DNA of 62,931 bases, the filler included, from Octopus bimaculoides (taxonomy: Eukaryota): the NCBI RefSeq assembly GCF_001194135.2. It is 7 parts of 5 records of this genome, joined end to end, with 100 filler letters (N's around TTAATTAATTAA, not from the genome) between each part and the next. Parts side by side here need not be neighbours in the genome. Positions count along the whole stretch, not along the records: positions 8,041 to 23,788 come from NC_069005.1; positions 23,889 to 36,292 come from NC_068991.1; 5 more parts are not named here. One strand, 5' to 3'. The stretch's first letter is position 1, and each line of letters starts with the position of its first letter. The notes beneath the pieces are model-generated. The model had not been told where the DNA came from. It searched no databases and saw only the letters and a list, made by a program, of their open reading frames with translations. This document shows, piece by piece, positions 13,072 to 26,419 of the stretch. The position numbers and the translations under genes are program-made.

Positions 13072-13406
13072 CTAACAGTAATCGTTAGCTTCCACCACTA
13101 CCACCCAAGTTAACAAAAGCAACATCCAATCAGAAACAAAAGAAAAACAACTACAACCATCCCCCATCGCATCACCACAGCCTACCCACACCAATACTAT
13201 ACATTCACACGAAAAATAAAAAAAAAATGGGGGCTGAAGGGGTCACAATGTTTCAGAGAATGACCGACTTGTCTTTTCACGTTGGAATCGCTTTAGTTTC
13301 GACACATTTCCATTCAAAACACTCGCCATGCAATGTACATCTCCGTAACCGAGGTAAATACCCGACGGTGAATTTACGAGGAAGTAAATGTTCTTAGGGG
13401 TTTTTA

Positions 13407-13673
<267 letters not shown>

Positions 13674-13919
13674 CTAGATAGCATCAACCACGAAGTTTTA
13701 ACAACTTAAATATCTCGATCAGAAAAACAACAAACACAACCACACCCACACAATATATATATATCCACGTTTACCCCTGATATATTCACCCCAAATCAAA
13801 AAAGCGATTTCTCAACCATGGGAAGGGAACAATCAACAGCCAAACATTGGTAACTCACCGGATCCACCGCCTGGCACCCTTTTTTTTAAATCGAATTTTA
13901 AAAGGGTTAACACGACTCA

Positions 13920-14351
<432 letters not shown>

Positions 14352-15134
14352 TTATTTCGACCCATCCTGCTACTATTATCCCTTATGGGTGCGAGAGACT
14401 CCTTTCTACCATGTTGCATCAATTTTGCAGTCTGGGTCTCATCAGGTAAAGTGCGCCGTGGATTTTGAAAAACAAAAAAAAATGTCGCACAATTCTCTGC
14501 AATTCACAGTACCCTCCACAATTACAGGATCTGGAGATAACCAGACTTAAAATATAACGAGTACTGTTTTGCTTCTTCGGGGTATCAACATACTAAAAAG
14601 CTTCGATGTCTAGTAGCTGACCTGCTAAAAAAGAAGCCCACAGGATTATCTGCCATCTTTCCATCAACAACTTTGGCCACTTTTTTTCAATTCAATTTTC
14701 CTCCACACGTGGAATTGCTTATAAAAATAATAACAAGAAGAATAACAAACAGTGCGGCAACGGAGATGTTCGGATACTTGTTTTCCTTCGTGCGTTCAAA
14801 ATTGTCAAAATATAGAATAAACTACGTTTGTCAGAACATGGCATCCTTCAGAACTTGTATGCTTCGAAAACTTCACCAAAACCACCCGACATATGCACTC
14901 TTTTACGGTTCTTTTAACTGCGCGTTTTTCTCTCTTTTCCTGTTGTGCCTGCTGCATTTGTTTCTAGCTTTCGTTGCTGTCTTTAACTGACTTCCAAGTC
15001 TGCTCCTGTCGTCCCCTCTTTTAACCTTTTAGCAACAAGTTGCAGTGCACTTGAGCGCTGTATATGCATCATCGTCATCGGTGTGATCATCACCACCACC
15101 ATCGCCATCATCGTGATCAGCATCCTCATCTTTA

Positions 15135-15260
15135 TTGTTTAGGCGAATCGTTAGCACACGGGACAAAAATGCTAAGCCGCTTTTCTTCCGTCTTTATACG
15201 TTCCGAGTTCAAATGCCGCCCGAGGTCAACACTGCCTTTTCATCTTCCCGGGGCCGATTG
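15135..15260 (+). mobile_element. tRNA-derived SINE 5' fragment (family B)
   Basis: Shares GTTC(C/T)GAGTTCAAA..CGCC.GAGGTC.AC..TGCCTTT with the copies at 44585-44725 and 50590-50820. Confidence 0.7.
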
Positions 15261-15752
15261 AAAAAAAAAAAATAGAAGGTACCAGCTGCCTTGTGGCAAA
15301 ATATGAAACCAATATTTTTTTTTTCTAAATAAACACAATTTTCTTCTCTCGCTGCTGTGAAAAGTAAACGAGTTGTAACAAGTTTGATCCCACCATGGGA
15401 CGAAAAAAAAGAAACATTCTAAGCAATTTTTTNNNNNNNNNNNNNNNNNNNNNNNNNNNNNNNNNNNNNNNNNNNNNNNNNNNNNNNNNNNNNNNNNNNN
15501 NNNNNNNNNNNNNNNNNNNNNNNNNNNNNNNNNNNNNNNNNNNNNNNNNNNNNNNNNNNNNNNNNNNNNNNNNNNNNNNNNNNNNNNNNNNNNNNNNATT
15601 TAATTACAAAAAAGTTGATAAATAATTAAAAATAGATAATGTAGATTAGAAATTATCAGCCGTTATATAAACAAGTTGGCTTTTTGATTACAAACCAGGA
15701 AAAAAAAAAAAAAAGTTGAAATAACATTCGGCAAAAATATCCAGATAGATGA

Positions 15753-15948
15753 GGGTAACTACTAAAGCAGCGCGGACCCGAACGCGCAGTGGCGCGTCCG
15801 CGCTAGCTAGTCTTGAGTGGTCGATCCTAACCCTAACCCTATTCCTAACCCGCGTGTGCAAATGAATACGTGTTTAGAGTTAGGGTTAGGATCGACCACT
15901 CACGACTAGCTAGCNNNNNNNNNNGTCCGCGCTGCTTTAGTAGTACCC
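15753..15948. mobile_element. Foldback/MITE-like element with nested inverted repeats and inward-facing telomeric hexamers
   Basis: Perfect 20-bp IR at 15758-15777/15925-15944 and perfect 24-bp IR at 15814-15837/15879-15902 containing CCTAACCCTAAC/GTTAGGGTTAGG. A 10-N gap lies in the right arm. Confidence 0.75.
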
Positions 15949-16307
15949 AGATGAGGTCCAAAGAGGTACCAAGTCCCGCTCTGAACTTTTTTTTTTTTTT
16001 TCTTGTTTTCAAAAGTTTCTTCGTAAGATTCCTGTTTTCAACAAGACATTACAAATTTGCAACAACATCAACAATATAACAACATCAACAACATAACAAT
16101 AATAATATAATTTAATGTTTCCATTGTTTTTTTTTTAAATATATATATGAAGGGAACGGAAGTTCTGTTTTCCGATTCTGAAACATGAAAACGGTTAATG
16201 TTTATTTTTAGACTCCCGGCCACCGATTACGACGTAAACAACTTTTGAGCATTAGAATCGAACAGGAGAATCGCCTAAAACCGTAATTTCTTCAAACCCT
16301 TACATAT

Positions 16308-16411
16308 CTGCCATGGGCAACCTTTCTACATGCACGCAGGCCTTAATGCGGCCCGCCTGAAAATGAACTGTCATATGCAGCCCGTTTCTCGAAGAATGCT
16401 GCCCATGCCTA
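16308..16411. mobile_element. Small hAT-like MITE remnant
   Basis: CATGGGCAAC ... GCTGCCCATG imperfect terminal IR with internal GCGGCCCG-type motifs. Confidence 0.4.
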
Positions 16412-18094
16412 CATATAATAATAATAATAATAAGTATCACAGATTAGGAATCTACATTTTTTATTGATTTTGTGGGTTGTGGAGACGGTGTCGCCACCAC
16501 CACCACCCCTTTCCGTAATGTTTTAATTTTTTGACTCTTTGCAGCTTTTATTATTTATCGTAAATTTTATTTCTTTTAATTATTTTCTTTTTTGTTTTAT
16601 TTTCATAATAATATTGCTTCAAGTGCCTGGAGATTCGGATTTCTCAAAATCACATAAATAACAAATATCGGAGTTTGGTGGAAGGGGGGGGGGGGAGAAA
16701 AAGAAAAAAATTTCATACAAAAGAGAAATATATACAGAAAGAGGGTGGGGGGTTATAATTCTTCGAGTTATTTTTATTTATTTTTATTTTTTTTTCAAAT
16801 TCGTAACCTGCGATCCCTAAAACATGGTTTGTAGTTCCCTAAACAATAATTTCAGGCTCGATTAAGGTAAAAAAAAAAAAANNNNNNNNNNNNNNNNNNN
16901 NNNNNNNNNNNNNNNNNNNNNNNNNNNNNNNNNNNNNNNTATATCGATTCCGGTTTTTTAAATTTTCTTGTTCACCTCCTCCCCCTCCCCTCCCCCCACA
17001 CAGAAAGAATGAATTAAAAAAAAAAAGATAAACTTCGTTGTTCGTCAACTTTGTTTACTTTTCACGTCAATTATGAATTTATCTGCACGAGTATTTTTTT
17101 ATATAAAAAAGTGTGATTTTAAACTTTTAATTTAATCAAATGTTTTAACAACATCAACAAGAAAAGTCCAACTTACCTGTGTGTGAGAAATAATATGCAA
17201 TTTGTATTGCGTTGGGTCTGCAAGCTTCTGACTCGAATGAACTGAAGCTAGCTTTGATAATCAAAAAGTTTTTCTCAGAAAAATTGAGAGAGATTCCTGG
17301 AAAAACTATGAAAGGCCAGCCGTGATATAAACAAAGATGAATTCCAGGAAAAACTACGGAAGGCCAAACAAGCAGTGTTCACATGAATATACATACAAAT
17401 GCACACACATGTAAACGCTGTCGCTCTCTCTCTCTCTCTCTCTCACACTGTCACTCTTCACCCTCTCTCTCTCTCTCGGACACTCAAATACACAGTCGTT
17501 TTCTGTCACTCACTCACTCACACAGTCACAGACTACTGCACACACACACACACGCATACAGGTCTCATATGCACACATATCGTTCTCTTTCTTTCTCTCT
17601 CTCTCTCTCTTCCCTCAGTTACAAACTAAAGCACACACTCGCACGCACACACACACGCACATGCATCTCGTGTGACAAGAGGGCGGGTCCTGTTCCAATT
17701 AATCACGTATTACTTATTAATAACTACTACTACCGCTGCTGCTGCTGCGGCTACCATCATCATCACCATTTTATACTTTAACTACTACCACCACCACCAC
17801 CACCACCACCACTACAACTACTACAGTTAATGATAATCTTTTTTTTGCCTCTTAGTACAAAGCCTGAATTTTCTTTTTTTTTTTCTTTCTAAGGAGTGGT
17901 TGNNNNNNNNNNNNNNNNNNNNNNNNNNNNNNNNNNNNNNNNNNNNNNNNNNNNNNNNNNNNNNNNNNNNNNNNNNNNNNNNNNNNNNNNNNNNNNNNNN
18001 NNGTGTGTGTGTGTGTGTGTGTGCAGATAGATAGATAGATAGAGAGAAGATAGGTAGATAGATAGATAGATAGAGAGAGAGAGGGAGAGAGATA

Positions 18095-18325
18095 AGTAGA
18101 GATTTGAGGAAGCATTGTCAAGTACATGCACTGGAAGGCCTTCTATGAGAATCCATCCACTACAACACCTGCTGACAAGTTTGGCTTCAAATCTTGAAAG
18201 TGCCCTCCCCAGTTCAAGGATCTTAAGAGCTTCAAGGTTGATTTATGGAACACTGTTAAAGAGGTAAAGTTTCAACTTTCCAACTTCGTTTTTCAACCCC
18301 TTCTTCAAATCCTTACATGATGACA
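18095..18325 (+). mobile_element. Penelope-like element fragment (region N-terminal to RT)
   Basis: Reads IVKYMHWKAFYE...KFGFKS*KCPPQFKDLKSFKVDLWNTVKEVKF, matching the MRWKA/FGFKS/PPQ block seen upstream of PLE RTs. Confidence 0.65.
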
Positions 18326-18384
18326 TGGCCAAAGTCAAGCAATCGCCTAGTCTCTGCCTATGTGCGTGCATGAGAGAGAGAGAA

Positions 18385-18935
18385 AAAGGGCACTTGGCCC
18401 AGTGGGGAGGGTGTTGGACTCACGACCGCAAGATAATGGTGTTAATTCCCAGACCAGTTGGTGCGATGTGTTCTTCAGCAAAACACTTCATCCCACGCTC
18501 GTCTGCGATAACTTTTACACCTGACGTGTGGCACGCCGTGTGCCTGTTCAGACAACGTCAGTTTGGTGGAGAGAGGGCGCTAATGTGCGACCCAAACATT
18601 TGATCACTACAAACATATGATCTGTGTGGTTGTTCAGTAAGGGATTGTCGAACCCTCATACGTCGTCCAACGACGAGAGAGTCCATTGCACACCTTACCT
18701 ATGTGTGTGTGTCCCACTACTACTTGGCAACCGTTGTTGGTTTGTTTATGTCCCTGTGACATAGCGCTTCAGCTACAAGGGATCGATGGAATAAGTACCG
18801 GGCTTTGCGAAAAAAAAATGAAAAACAAAAAAAAGAAAAGGAAAGAAAGTACAGAGATTGATGTTGTTTGACTAAACGCTACAAAGTGGTGCCCCAGCAT
18901 GGCCGCACTTTTACTGACTGAGACAAGTAAAAGAT
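18385..18935 (+). mobile_element. tRNA-derived SINE, longer variant
   Basis: tRNA-like head (TGGCCCAGTGG..GTGTTGGACTCACGA) and the shared tail GTGGTGCCCCAGCATGGCCGCA...TGACTGAGACAAGTAAAAGA. Confidence 0.65.
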
Positions 18936-19391
18936 AAGAAAAAAGAAAGAAAGAAAGCGTGTAATAAGGCAATCCCGTGCGTGGGAGGTGGAGGAGGGGT
19001 GGGCGGTTGGAGACCTGTTTTTGTGGGAACTAAAATGTGTTTTATGTTATAAAATGCAGAAAAATGATTTCCTTATGAAAGAAGTGAAAATTCTGTTTAG
19101 GAAGGTTTCTTCTATTTGTTTTTTGCCAAGTAAAACTCGGCAAACGCTTATTATAACACAAACTCGATCGTCTTCGTTTCAGCTTAATTAAAGTGAAAAG
19201 AATTTACTGGAAAAAGAAAACGAAAATGCTGCTTTCCTAGAAAGAAACTAGGGAGTGCTAAATGGAAGGCTTTGTTCATCTACGCAGTGCGAATGTTATC
19301 ATAAGAACAACAACAACAACAACAACGACAACTAGGCACCTGTGCCCCATCCTGACATTGTTTCGTCTTAATTTTTTTTTTTTTCGTTTCT

Positions 19392-19470
19392 TAATACTTG
19401 TTTGACTGCAGCCATGCTGGAGCACCACCTTGAAGCGTTTTAGTTGAACAAATCGATACCAGTGATTATT
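19392..19470 (-). mobile_element. SINE 3' tail fragment
   Basis: Reverse complement of the GGTGCTCCAGCATGGC.GCAGTCAAA tail. Confidence 0.75.
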
Positions 19471-19488
19471 TGACTTATACATATTATT

Positions 19489-19521
<33 letters not shown>

Positions 19522-19944
19522 NNNNNNNNNNNNNNNNNNNNNNNNNNNNNNNNNNNNNNNNNNNNNNNNNNNNNNNNNNNNNNNNNNNNNNNNNNNNNNN
19601 NNNNNNNNNNNNNNNNNNNNNNNNNNNNNNNNNNNNNNNNNNNNNNNNNNNNNNNNNNNNNNNNNNNNNNNNNNNNNNNNNNNNNNNNNNNNNNNNNNNN
19701 NNNNNNNNNNNNNNNNNNNNNNNNNNNNNNNNNNNNNNNNNNNNNNNNNNNNNNNNNNNNNNNNNNNNNNNNNNNNNNNNNNNNNNNNNNNNNNNNNNNN
19801 NNNNNNNNNNNNNNNNNNNNNNNNNNNNNNNNNNNNNNNNNNNNNNNNNNNNNNNNNNNNNNNNNNNNNNNNNNNNNNNNNNNNNNNNNNNNNNNNNNNN
19901 NNNNNNNNNNNNNNNNNNNNNNNNNNNNNNNNNNNNNNNNNNNN

Positions 19945-19974
<30 letters not shown>

Positions 19975-19979
<5 letters not shown>

Positions 19980-20176
19980 CTGTCTGTGTTTGTCCCCCCA
20001 ACATCGCTTGACAACCGATGCTGGTGTGTTTACGTCCCCGTAACTTAGAGGTTCAGCAATAGAGACCAATAGAATAAGTACTAGGCTTACAAAGAATAAG
20101 TCCTGGGGTCGATTTGCTCGACTAAAGGCGGTGCTCCAGCATGGCCGCAGTCAAATGACTGAAACAAGTAAAAGAG
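19975..20176 (+). mobile_element. SINE family A, 3' half (5' half probably in the preceding gap)
   Basis: CATCGCTTGACAACCGATGCTGGTGTGTTTACGTCCCCGTAACTTAG...GGCGGTGCTCCAGCATGGCCGCAGTCAAATGACTGAAACAAGTAAAAG, as in 23010-23207. Confidence 0.9.
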
Positions 20177-20188
20177 TAACTGGCAATA

Positions 20189-20383
20189 CAATTATCCCTC
20201 GCCATATGGCCGTTCACCTATCACGGTTTATTATTTAAGCTTACGTCGATTCCTCCGTGCTGTTGTTTTGCATTTATAATAAAATAAATATATATAAATT
20301 ATTATACAGTACTATATATTTCGCAGATTTTCACCTATCGCGAGGTGGGGGACGTAACACCCGTGATAATCGAGGGATTACTG
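20189..20383. mobile_element. pogo/Tigger-like MITE
   Basis: TA|CAATTATCCCTCG ... CGAGGGATTACTG|TA: imperfect TIRs with a TA duplication. Confidence 0.7.
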
Positions 20384-20869
20384 TACATCTTGACTACACT
20401 ATTTATATAGGCTGGCATTACATGCGACTTCTTTTACCTGTGCCATTTAAAAAAAGTTTTTTTTTTACACCTGGATTCGATATCTACACTATCTGAAAAG
20501 GTATTTGTAGAAAGTTTCAATTCAAAATATTTTTCTCATTCTGGAAGTCAAGAGGAAACTGCAATATACAGCAATATAGTCATAGCAATATTTGTGTTTA
20601 TCTCTTGTGACTGTTATCTAACGAGCCATATTTCATAAGTGTTTGGTGTCCTGTTAGTAGGATATACTTGTCGCAAAACTAACTAACTACCGAATAATTT
20701 TATCTCCAAGACAAGGCAAAACGACTTTGTAAAGTCGGACATGTATCTACTTCGGCTGTTTGATATGCAGTTACTGATAAGGGGAACCATGTCTCCTAGA
20801 GATATCAAAGAATAAGCACACACACACACACAAAGAATATGTGGGATTTAATTCACTGGTGGTTTAAAC

Positions 20870-21171
20870 CAGTGGTTCCCAAAGTGGGCAGACCGCCCCC
20901 ACTCTTTGCGGGTGGTGGAGGATCCAGGGGAGCGTTGAAGAAAATGGGACGATAATAGGGTGACCAAAACGGGGCAATGGATGTAAAATACAACAAATAA
21001 AATAAAGGGTTAATTAGGGCAGGTTTTATTTGTAAGATACTGTTTTGAATTATTTGCTGCAGAAAATGGTCAATGTCTGTGATGGTGAGTGTGTGTGTGT
21101 GTGGGGGGGGCACTAGGAATGCGGCCTTAGAACCAAGGGGGCGGCAGCCTGAAAAGGTTTCGGAACCATTG
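20870..21171. mobile_element. hAT (Charlie/Buster-like) MITE, 302 bp
   Basis: TIRs CAGTGGTTCC/GGAACCATTG and an exact 8-bp TSD GTTTAAAC at 20862-20869 and 21172-21179. Confidence 0.88.
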
Positions 21172-21653
21172 GTTTAAACGAATAGGTTCGCTGTACAAGT
21201 GCTATAATTGGTCATCTGTTAAGTTCCAAGTTCACAACAGGCTGGAGCTAGGGGTCCGTATTAGGCTGCTGAGTTAGCAGGTATATATTCTATTAAAAAA
21301 CCAAGGTAGGACAGGTATCTCAAGGGACTTGAGACATCTGTCCTGGTTTGGTTTTTGTGGTCCTTTATCCTCTAATATAACATAATATAATTTAATATAA
21401 TATATATAATAAAAAATAACATACATATGCAGATATACATACGTATATGTACATACATCTATACGGATATATATATGCATATGTGGGCACAGGACGTCAT
21501 GAAACGTGTACAACAACAAAAATACGAAGTACGAATACGTGGAATATGAACTATTTTTTCGAACAACGAAAGATACAAATGGAAAACAAGACAAACAACA
21601 TAAAGAACGACATTTCATCAGTTGTTGGCTATTTTTCTACTCTCGTATTTCGA

Positions 21654-21682
<29 letters not shown>

Positions 21683-21688
<6 letters not shown>

Positions 21689-21845
21689 TACTTGTTTCAG
21701 TCATTAGACTGCGGCTATGCTGGGGCACCGTTTTGAAGAATTTTTAGTCGAACAAAGTACGACACCAGTACTTAAATTTTTTTCAAGCCTGGTACTTGCC
21801 CAATCGGTGTCTTTTTGCCGAACTGCTAAGTTACACATCATTAAC
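21683..21845 (-). mobile_element. SINE 3' half
   Basis: Reverse complement of the family A tail. Confidence 0.8.
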
Positions 21846-21889
21846 TGGTTGTTATATTATTGTTGCTATTTCAGTTTGAACATTTTAAT

Positions 21890-22730
21890 AAGCCGTTTTT
21901 CTTTTATCTTTCTTCCAACCTCACTTCTGTCATGTAGTTTGTGGAAAGGAAAAATTAGAAACATTTTCTGACCACATGTTTCTATATGTTCGCTCAATGG
22001 AAGTTGGCTCAATGGTACATTGGTGTTTTGGATTTGATGTCTGTGGACTCATGAGCGTTCCAATAATGCATTCTCTCTCTCTCCTCGCAATTCGGGTATT
22101 TAATGTAGTAGATCAAATTTCTGCTTTTTGCAGTTCATATCTGCATTTCTGAAAATCTGTCCATTTTTTTGTTCTAATGGATCTACCCTTATGCATGTAT
22201 AGACTCGTTCCACATCTGTTATCATTACTCTTGGATACTGTCAATGTTTTATCCTGTTCATGAATTTTGCCTTTGTTAAAAGTTTCTTTAGGTTATTTGA
22301 TTGCCTTTTGCTTAAGATAAGAGTTTGATTAGCTATGTTTTTTTAAATTTTTCACTTTGTTTTATGATTGGCAAATTTGCTTTGATGATGTTAAAGTGTT
22401 TTGGTGATGCGGATTGTGTGTTACTAGAAATGGTATTATGTTCCTTTGATGGGTTCGTCTTTTTCGTGTTGCCCTAAGCTGTTCTATAGGTATCTCGCTT
22501 GCTCGTTGTATTTTCTATATGTAGGAGAGGATCATTTTTTTTTTTGAGCAGAAATCCTCTGAGTTCTATAAGTCGTGTATTTCTGGTATTTGAATCATCG
22601 ACTATAGTACAAATTTTCCTGGCTAGACAGTACGGGATGTTGCGTTTTATGTGTTGGGTGGCACGATTGGAAATTAATTTAGGGACTGGTGTTTATCTGA
22701 GCTTTTGCTATAAATATCAGTTGTGATGGT
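21890..22730 (-). mobile_element. Penelope-like element relic (RT C-terminus to GIY-YIG)
   Basis: Minus strand reads ITTDIYSKSSDKHQSLN, SCHP.H..NIPYCLARKICTIV and downstream VHRHQI, with frameshifts. Confidence 0.8.
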
Positions 22731-22812
22731 GGTGGGGTTATTAATTAGCATTTTGTTAAGAATGATAATGGAAGTTCACTGCTAGCTCTCACTGCGCACA
22801 CAATCACGTCCT

Positions 22813-22977
22813 GCAATCACGTGGTTGTGTGGTAAGAAGCTTGTTTCTCAACCACATGGTTCCGGGTTCAGTCTCACTGCGTGGCACCTTGGGCAAGTGT
22901 CTTAACTATAGCCTCGGGCCGGCCGACCAAAGCCTTGTGAGTGGATTTGGTAGATGGAAACTGAAAGAAGCCCGTTG

Positions 22978-23010
<33 letters not shown>

Positions 23011-23207
23011 TTGTCCGTCCCACTATCGCTTGACAACCGATGCTGGTGTGTTTACGTCCGCGTAAAATAGCGGTTCGACAAAAAAAAGTGACAGTATAAA
23101 TAATACCAGACTTACAAAGAGTAAGTCCTGGGGTCGGTTCGTTCGATTAAAAGGCGGTGCTCCAGCATGGCCGCAGTCAAATGTCTGTAACGAGTAAAAG
23201 AATAAAA
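22813..23207 (+). mobile_element. Full-length SINE family A with internal (TA)n(TG)n microsatellite
   Basis: tRNA-like head with GGTTCAGTCTCAC B-box, GGCACCTTGGGCAAGTG central domain, microsatellite at 22980-23010, then the conserved tail. Confidence 0.92.
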
Positions 23208-23888
23208 GTGCGTGCGTACGTGTGTGTGTGAGGAGATATAGTAAATGAACTTTGTGCACTCAATTGTGTGTTTAATGTCTGTACCGAAATTTAGTTATCT
23301 TTTTCTATAAAACGCACTAAGCCAACCTATTCTTAGGACTTGCGTGTGTGTGTGTGTGTTTAGTTTGTGTTGTAACCGTAAGCTTACAAGAAAGCATCTA
23401 AAACACGCTACAAATGTATATATTATCTGTCATCTTTGTAGTACAAGTAACCATTAACCTTCTTCATATTTGTTACCAAAACACTCTGCTCTTTATTTTT
23501 CGAATAATAATAACAATTTTGTGTGTGTGTGTGTGTGCTGCGTTAATTCTTTAAATGTTTGGAACAAAAGAAGAATATAAAGACTTTGTGGATCTTTTTT
23601 AAAACGGGGGCCACATTTTTCATTAACGAAACACTTTGAAACTTGGAACACTGGTAGAATGTGTCATATAAAACATCTTTTTCTCTTAGTCTTCTTTAAA
23701 AAAAAAGAAATCCCTAATTTATTCCATGTTAAAGTTGTCGTATTTCTGTAATTTCAACCAATCACTGACGTCCATTCAGCCGATATACNNNNNNNNNNNN
23801 NNNNNNNNNNNNNNNNNNNNNNNNNNNNNNNNTTAATTAATTAANNNNNNNNNNNNNNNNNNNNNNNNNNNNNNNNNNNNNNNNNNNN

Positions 23889-23959
<71 letters not shown>

Positions 23960-25007
23960 TAGACACGGATCCTAGGTACGTATCCCGTCATCGCCGGGCA
24001 ATTTTCACAACAGAATGCTTTGGTTGGCGGACTTTCGGAAGAGCATACTCCACATAAGTTGGATTTTCTTCGTTTTGAGGGGAATTTTTCAAATATTTTT
24101 TGCCATACCCTTTAAAATGGTGGTGGTGTTGGTGGGGGAAACTTTTTATGACAAACGTTTTTTTAAAATATAAGAATAAACAACCCCTCCTCGTCGGGAC
24201 CGACATTGTCCTTTTTTCTTTCTTTTGCACTACACTTAAAATCAATGAGAAACGCCTTTCGGTAAAAAAAAAAGAAAGAGAATTTTTCAAAATTTATGAA
24301 TTTTTCAACTCCTTCCCCATTCAGTACCGATTTTGGCCATTTTTTTTTTTTTTGCACCACGCCCTTAAAAACGATGGGAGAAAACTTAAAGTTTAAAAGT
24401 ATAATTTTGGAAATTAACGATTAAAATTACAAAACAGAAAATGAAGCGTAATTTAAAAGCAATAATGAAAACTTTTATAATTTTCTCATTAACAACAACT
24501 CTATAAATCCTAAAATTTCGTCTCCTTTCGACACATTTTAACATTATAGTTTTAAAATACGGACGGTCCGAATTTGTAATTTGTTTCTGTTTAAGATTTC
24601 AAAATAATTTTCAGAGGAAAGTGTGTGTGATTTAAGGGAGATTTAGCTATTGTTTCCAGCACATCCCACGAGCACTAGGTCACTTCCTCCTTTCTTTGTC
24701 ACTCAGACATGTATTGATATTTTTCAATATTTTTATCCCTATATTTATCAAGCGAATCGAGAAACGGTGTGTGTATGGGTGTGTTTGTTCATGTAAATGT
24801 ATTTATATCAATTTTGTTCTAGTTTAATTTCTAAATTATATTCCGCGGCATATGTTTGCTAGAGTAAACAGATTGAAACTAGTTACATTCTAATTTTCAT
24901 GAAATCCATTTGAAATATTACAAACATGTAGAAAGATCATCTAAATTAAGACTGTCGCTCACATACAAAAACTAAATACAAACACACGTATAAAGAAACA
25001 CACACTG

Positions 25008-25039
<32 letters not shown>

Positions 25040-25085
25040 GGAAAACGAACAGACGAACTGTGGAATTTACATAAACGAACATAAG

Positions 25086-25120
25086 ATGAAGTCTACTCAA
25101 GTTGATGTTGATGGAGTCCT
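25086..25120 (+). CDS. Probable first coding exon (partial) of the SLC22-like transporter
   Basis: AAGATG start; MKSTQVDVDGVL resembles the N-terminal (V/F)D.IL..LG motif of SLC22 proteins. The read runs directly into an 823-N gap. Possible acceptor AG at 25039-25040. Confidence 0.5.
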
Positions 25121-25943
25121 NNNNNNNNNNNNNNNNNNNNNNNNNNNNNNNNNNNNNNNNNNNNNNNNNNNNNNNNNNNNNNNNNNNNNNNNNNNNNNNN
25201 NNNNNNNNNNNNNNNNNNNNNNNNNNNNNNNNNNNNNNNNNNNNNNNNNNNNNNNNNNNNNNNNNNNNNNNNNNNNNNNNNNNNNNNNNNNNNNNNNNNN
25301 NNNNNNNNNNNNNNNNNNNNNNNNNNNNNNNNNNNNNNNNNNNNNNNNNNNNNNNNNNNNNNNNNNNNNNNNNNNNNNNNNNNNNNNNNNNNNNNNNNNN
25401 NNNNNNNNNNNNNNNNNNNNNNNNNNNNNNNNNNNNNNNNNNNNNNNNNNNNNNNNNNNNNNNNNNNNNNNNNNNNNNNNNNNNNNNNNNNNNNNNNNNN
25501 NNNNNNNNNNNNNNNNNNNNNNNNNNNNNNNNNNNNNNNNNNNNNNNNNNNNNNNNNNNNNNNNNNNNNNNNNNNNNNNNNNNNNNNNNNNNNNNNNNNN
25601 NNNNNNNNNNNNNNNNNNNNNNNNNNNNNNNNNNNNNNNNNNNNNNNNNNNNNNNNNNNNNNNNNNNNNNNNNNNNNNNNNNNNNNNNNNNNNNNNNNNN
25701 NNNNNNNNNNNNNNNNNNNNNNNNNNNNNNNNNNNNNNNNNNNNNNNNNNNNNNNNNNNNNNNNNNNNNNNNNNNNNNNNNNNNNNNNNNNNNNNNNNNN
25801 NNNNNNNNNNNNNNNNNNNNNNNNNNNNNNNNNNNNNNNNNNNNNNNNNNNNNNNNNNNNNNNNNNNNNNNNNNNNNNNNNNNNNNNNNNNNNNNNNNNN
25901 NNNNNNNNNNNNNNNNNNNNNNNNNNNNNNNNNNNNNNNNNNN

Positions 25944-26225
25944 TAACCATTTCTCATGATTTAGAGATAGGAAGAAAATGGCTAGCACTAGTCTTAGCAA
26001 ATACATCTGGGGTCTTAAGGAAAGTAATAAACAGTATTCGTTAGAATGGTCTATAATAGCTAGATCAATGCCATATGAGAGAGGAAGAAAGTATTGTTCG
26101 CTCTGTACCGTGGAACTATACCACATACTCTTCTCTAAGGATAAATTGATTAATAAAGTAAAGAATAATGCTCTGAAATGTACGCATATCATAAGAAGTA
26201 CATTTCGTTGGTATAAATGATCTTA
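25944..26225 (+). mobile_element. Penelope-like GIY-YIG C-terminal fragment
   Basis: STSLSKYIWGLKE...WSII...PY...CSLC..E......LINK...C.H matches the PLE endonuclease C-terminus. Confidence 0.85.
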
Positions 26226-26371
26226 AGATGTGATGAAGTACAGCATGATGTCTCATGTATGTTTATATATGTGCAATTTTGCATACATGGATGAGTGCAT
26301 ATAAGTGTGTGTGTGTGTGTGTATATGAAAGATATGCATATATATGTACATATATATATGTGTGTGTGTAA

Positions 26372-26419
<48 letters not shown>

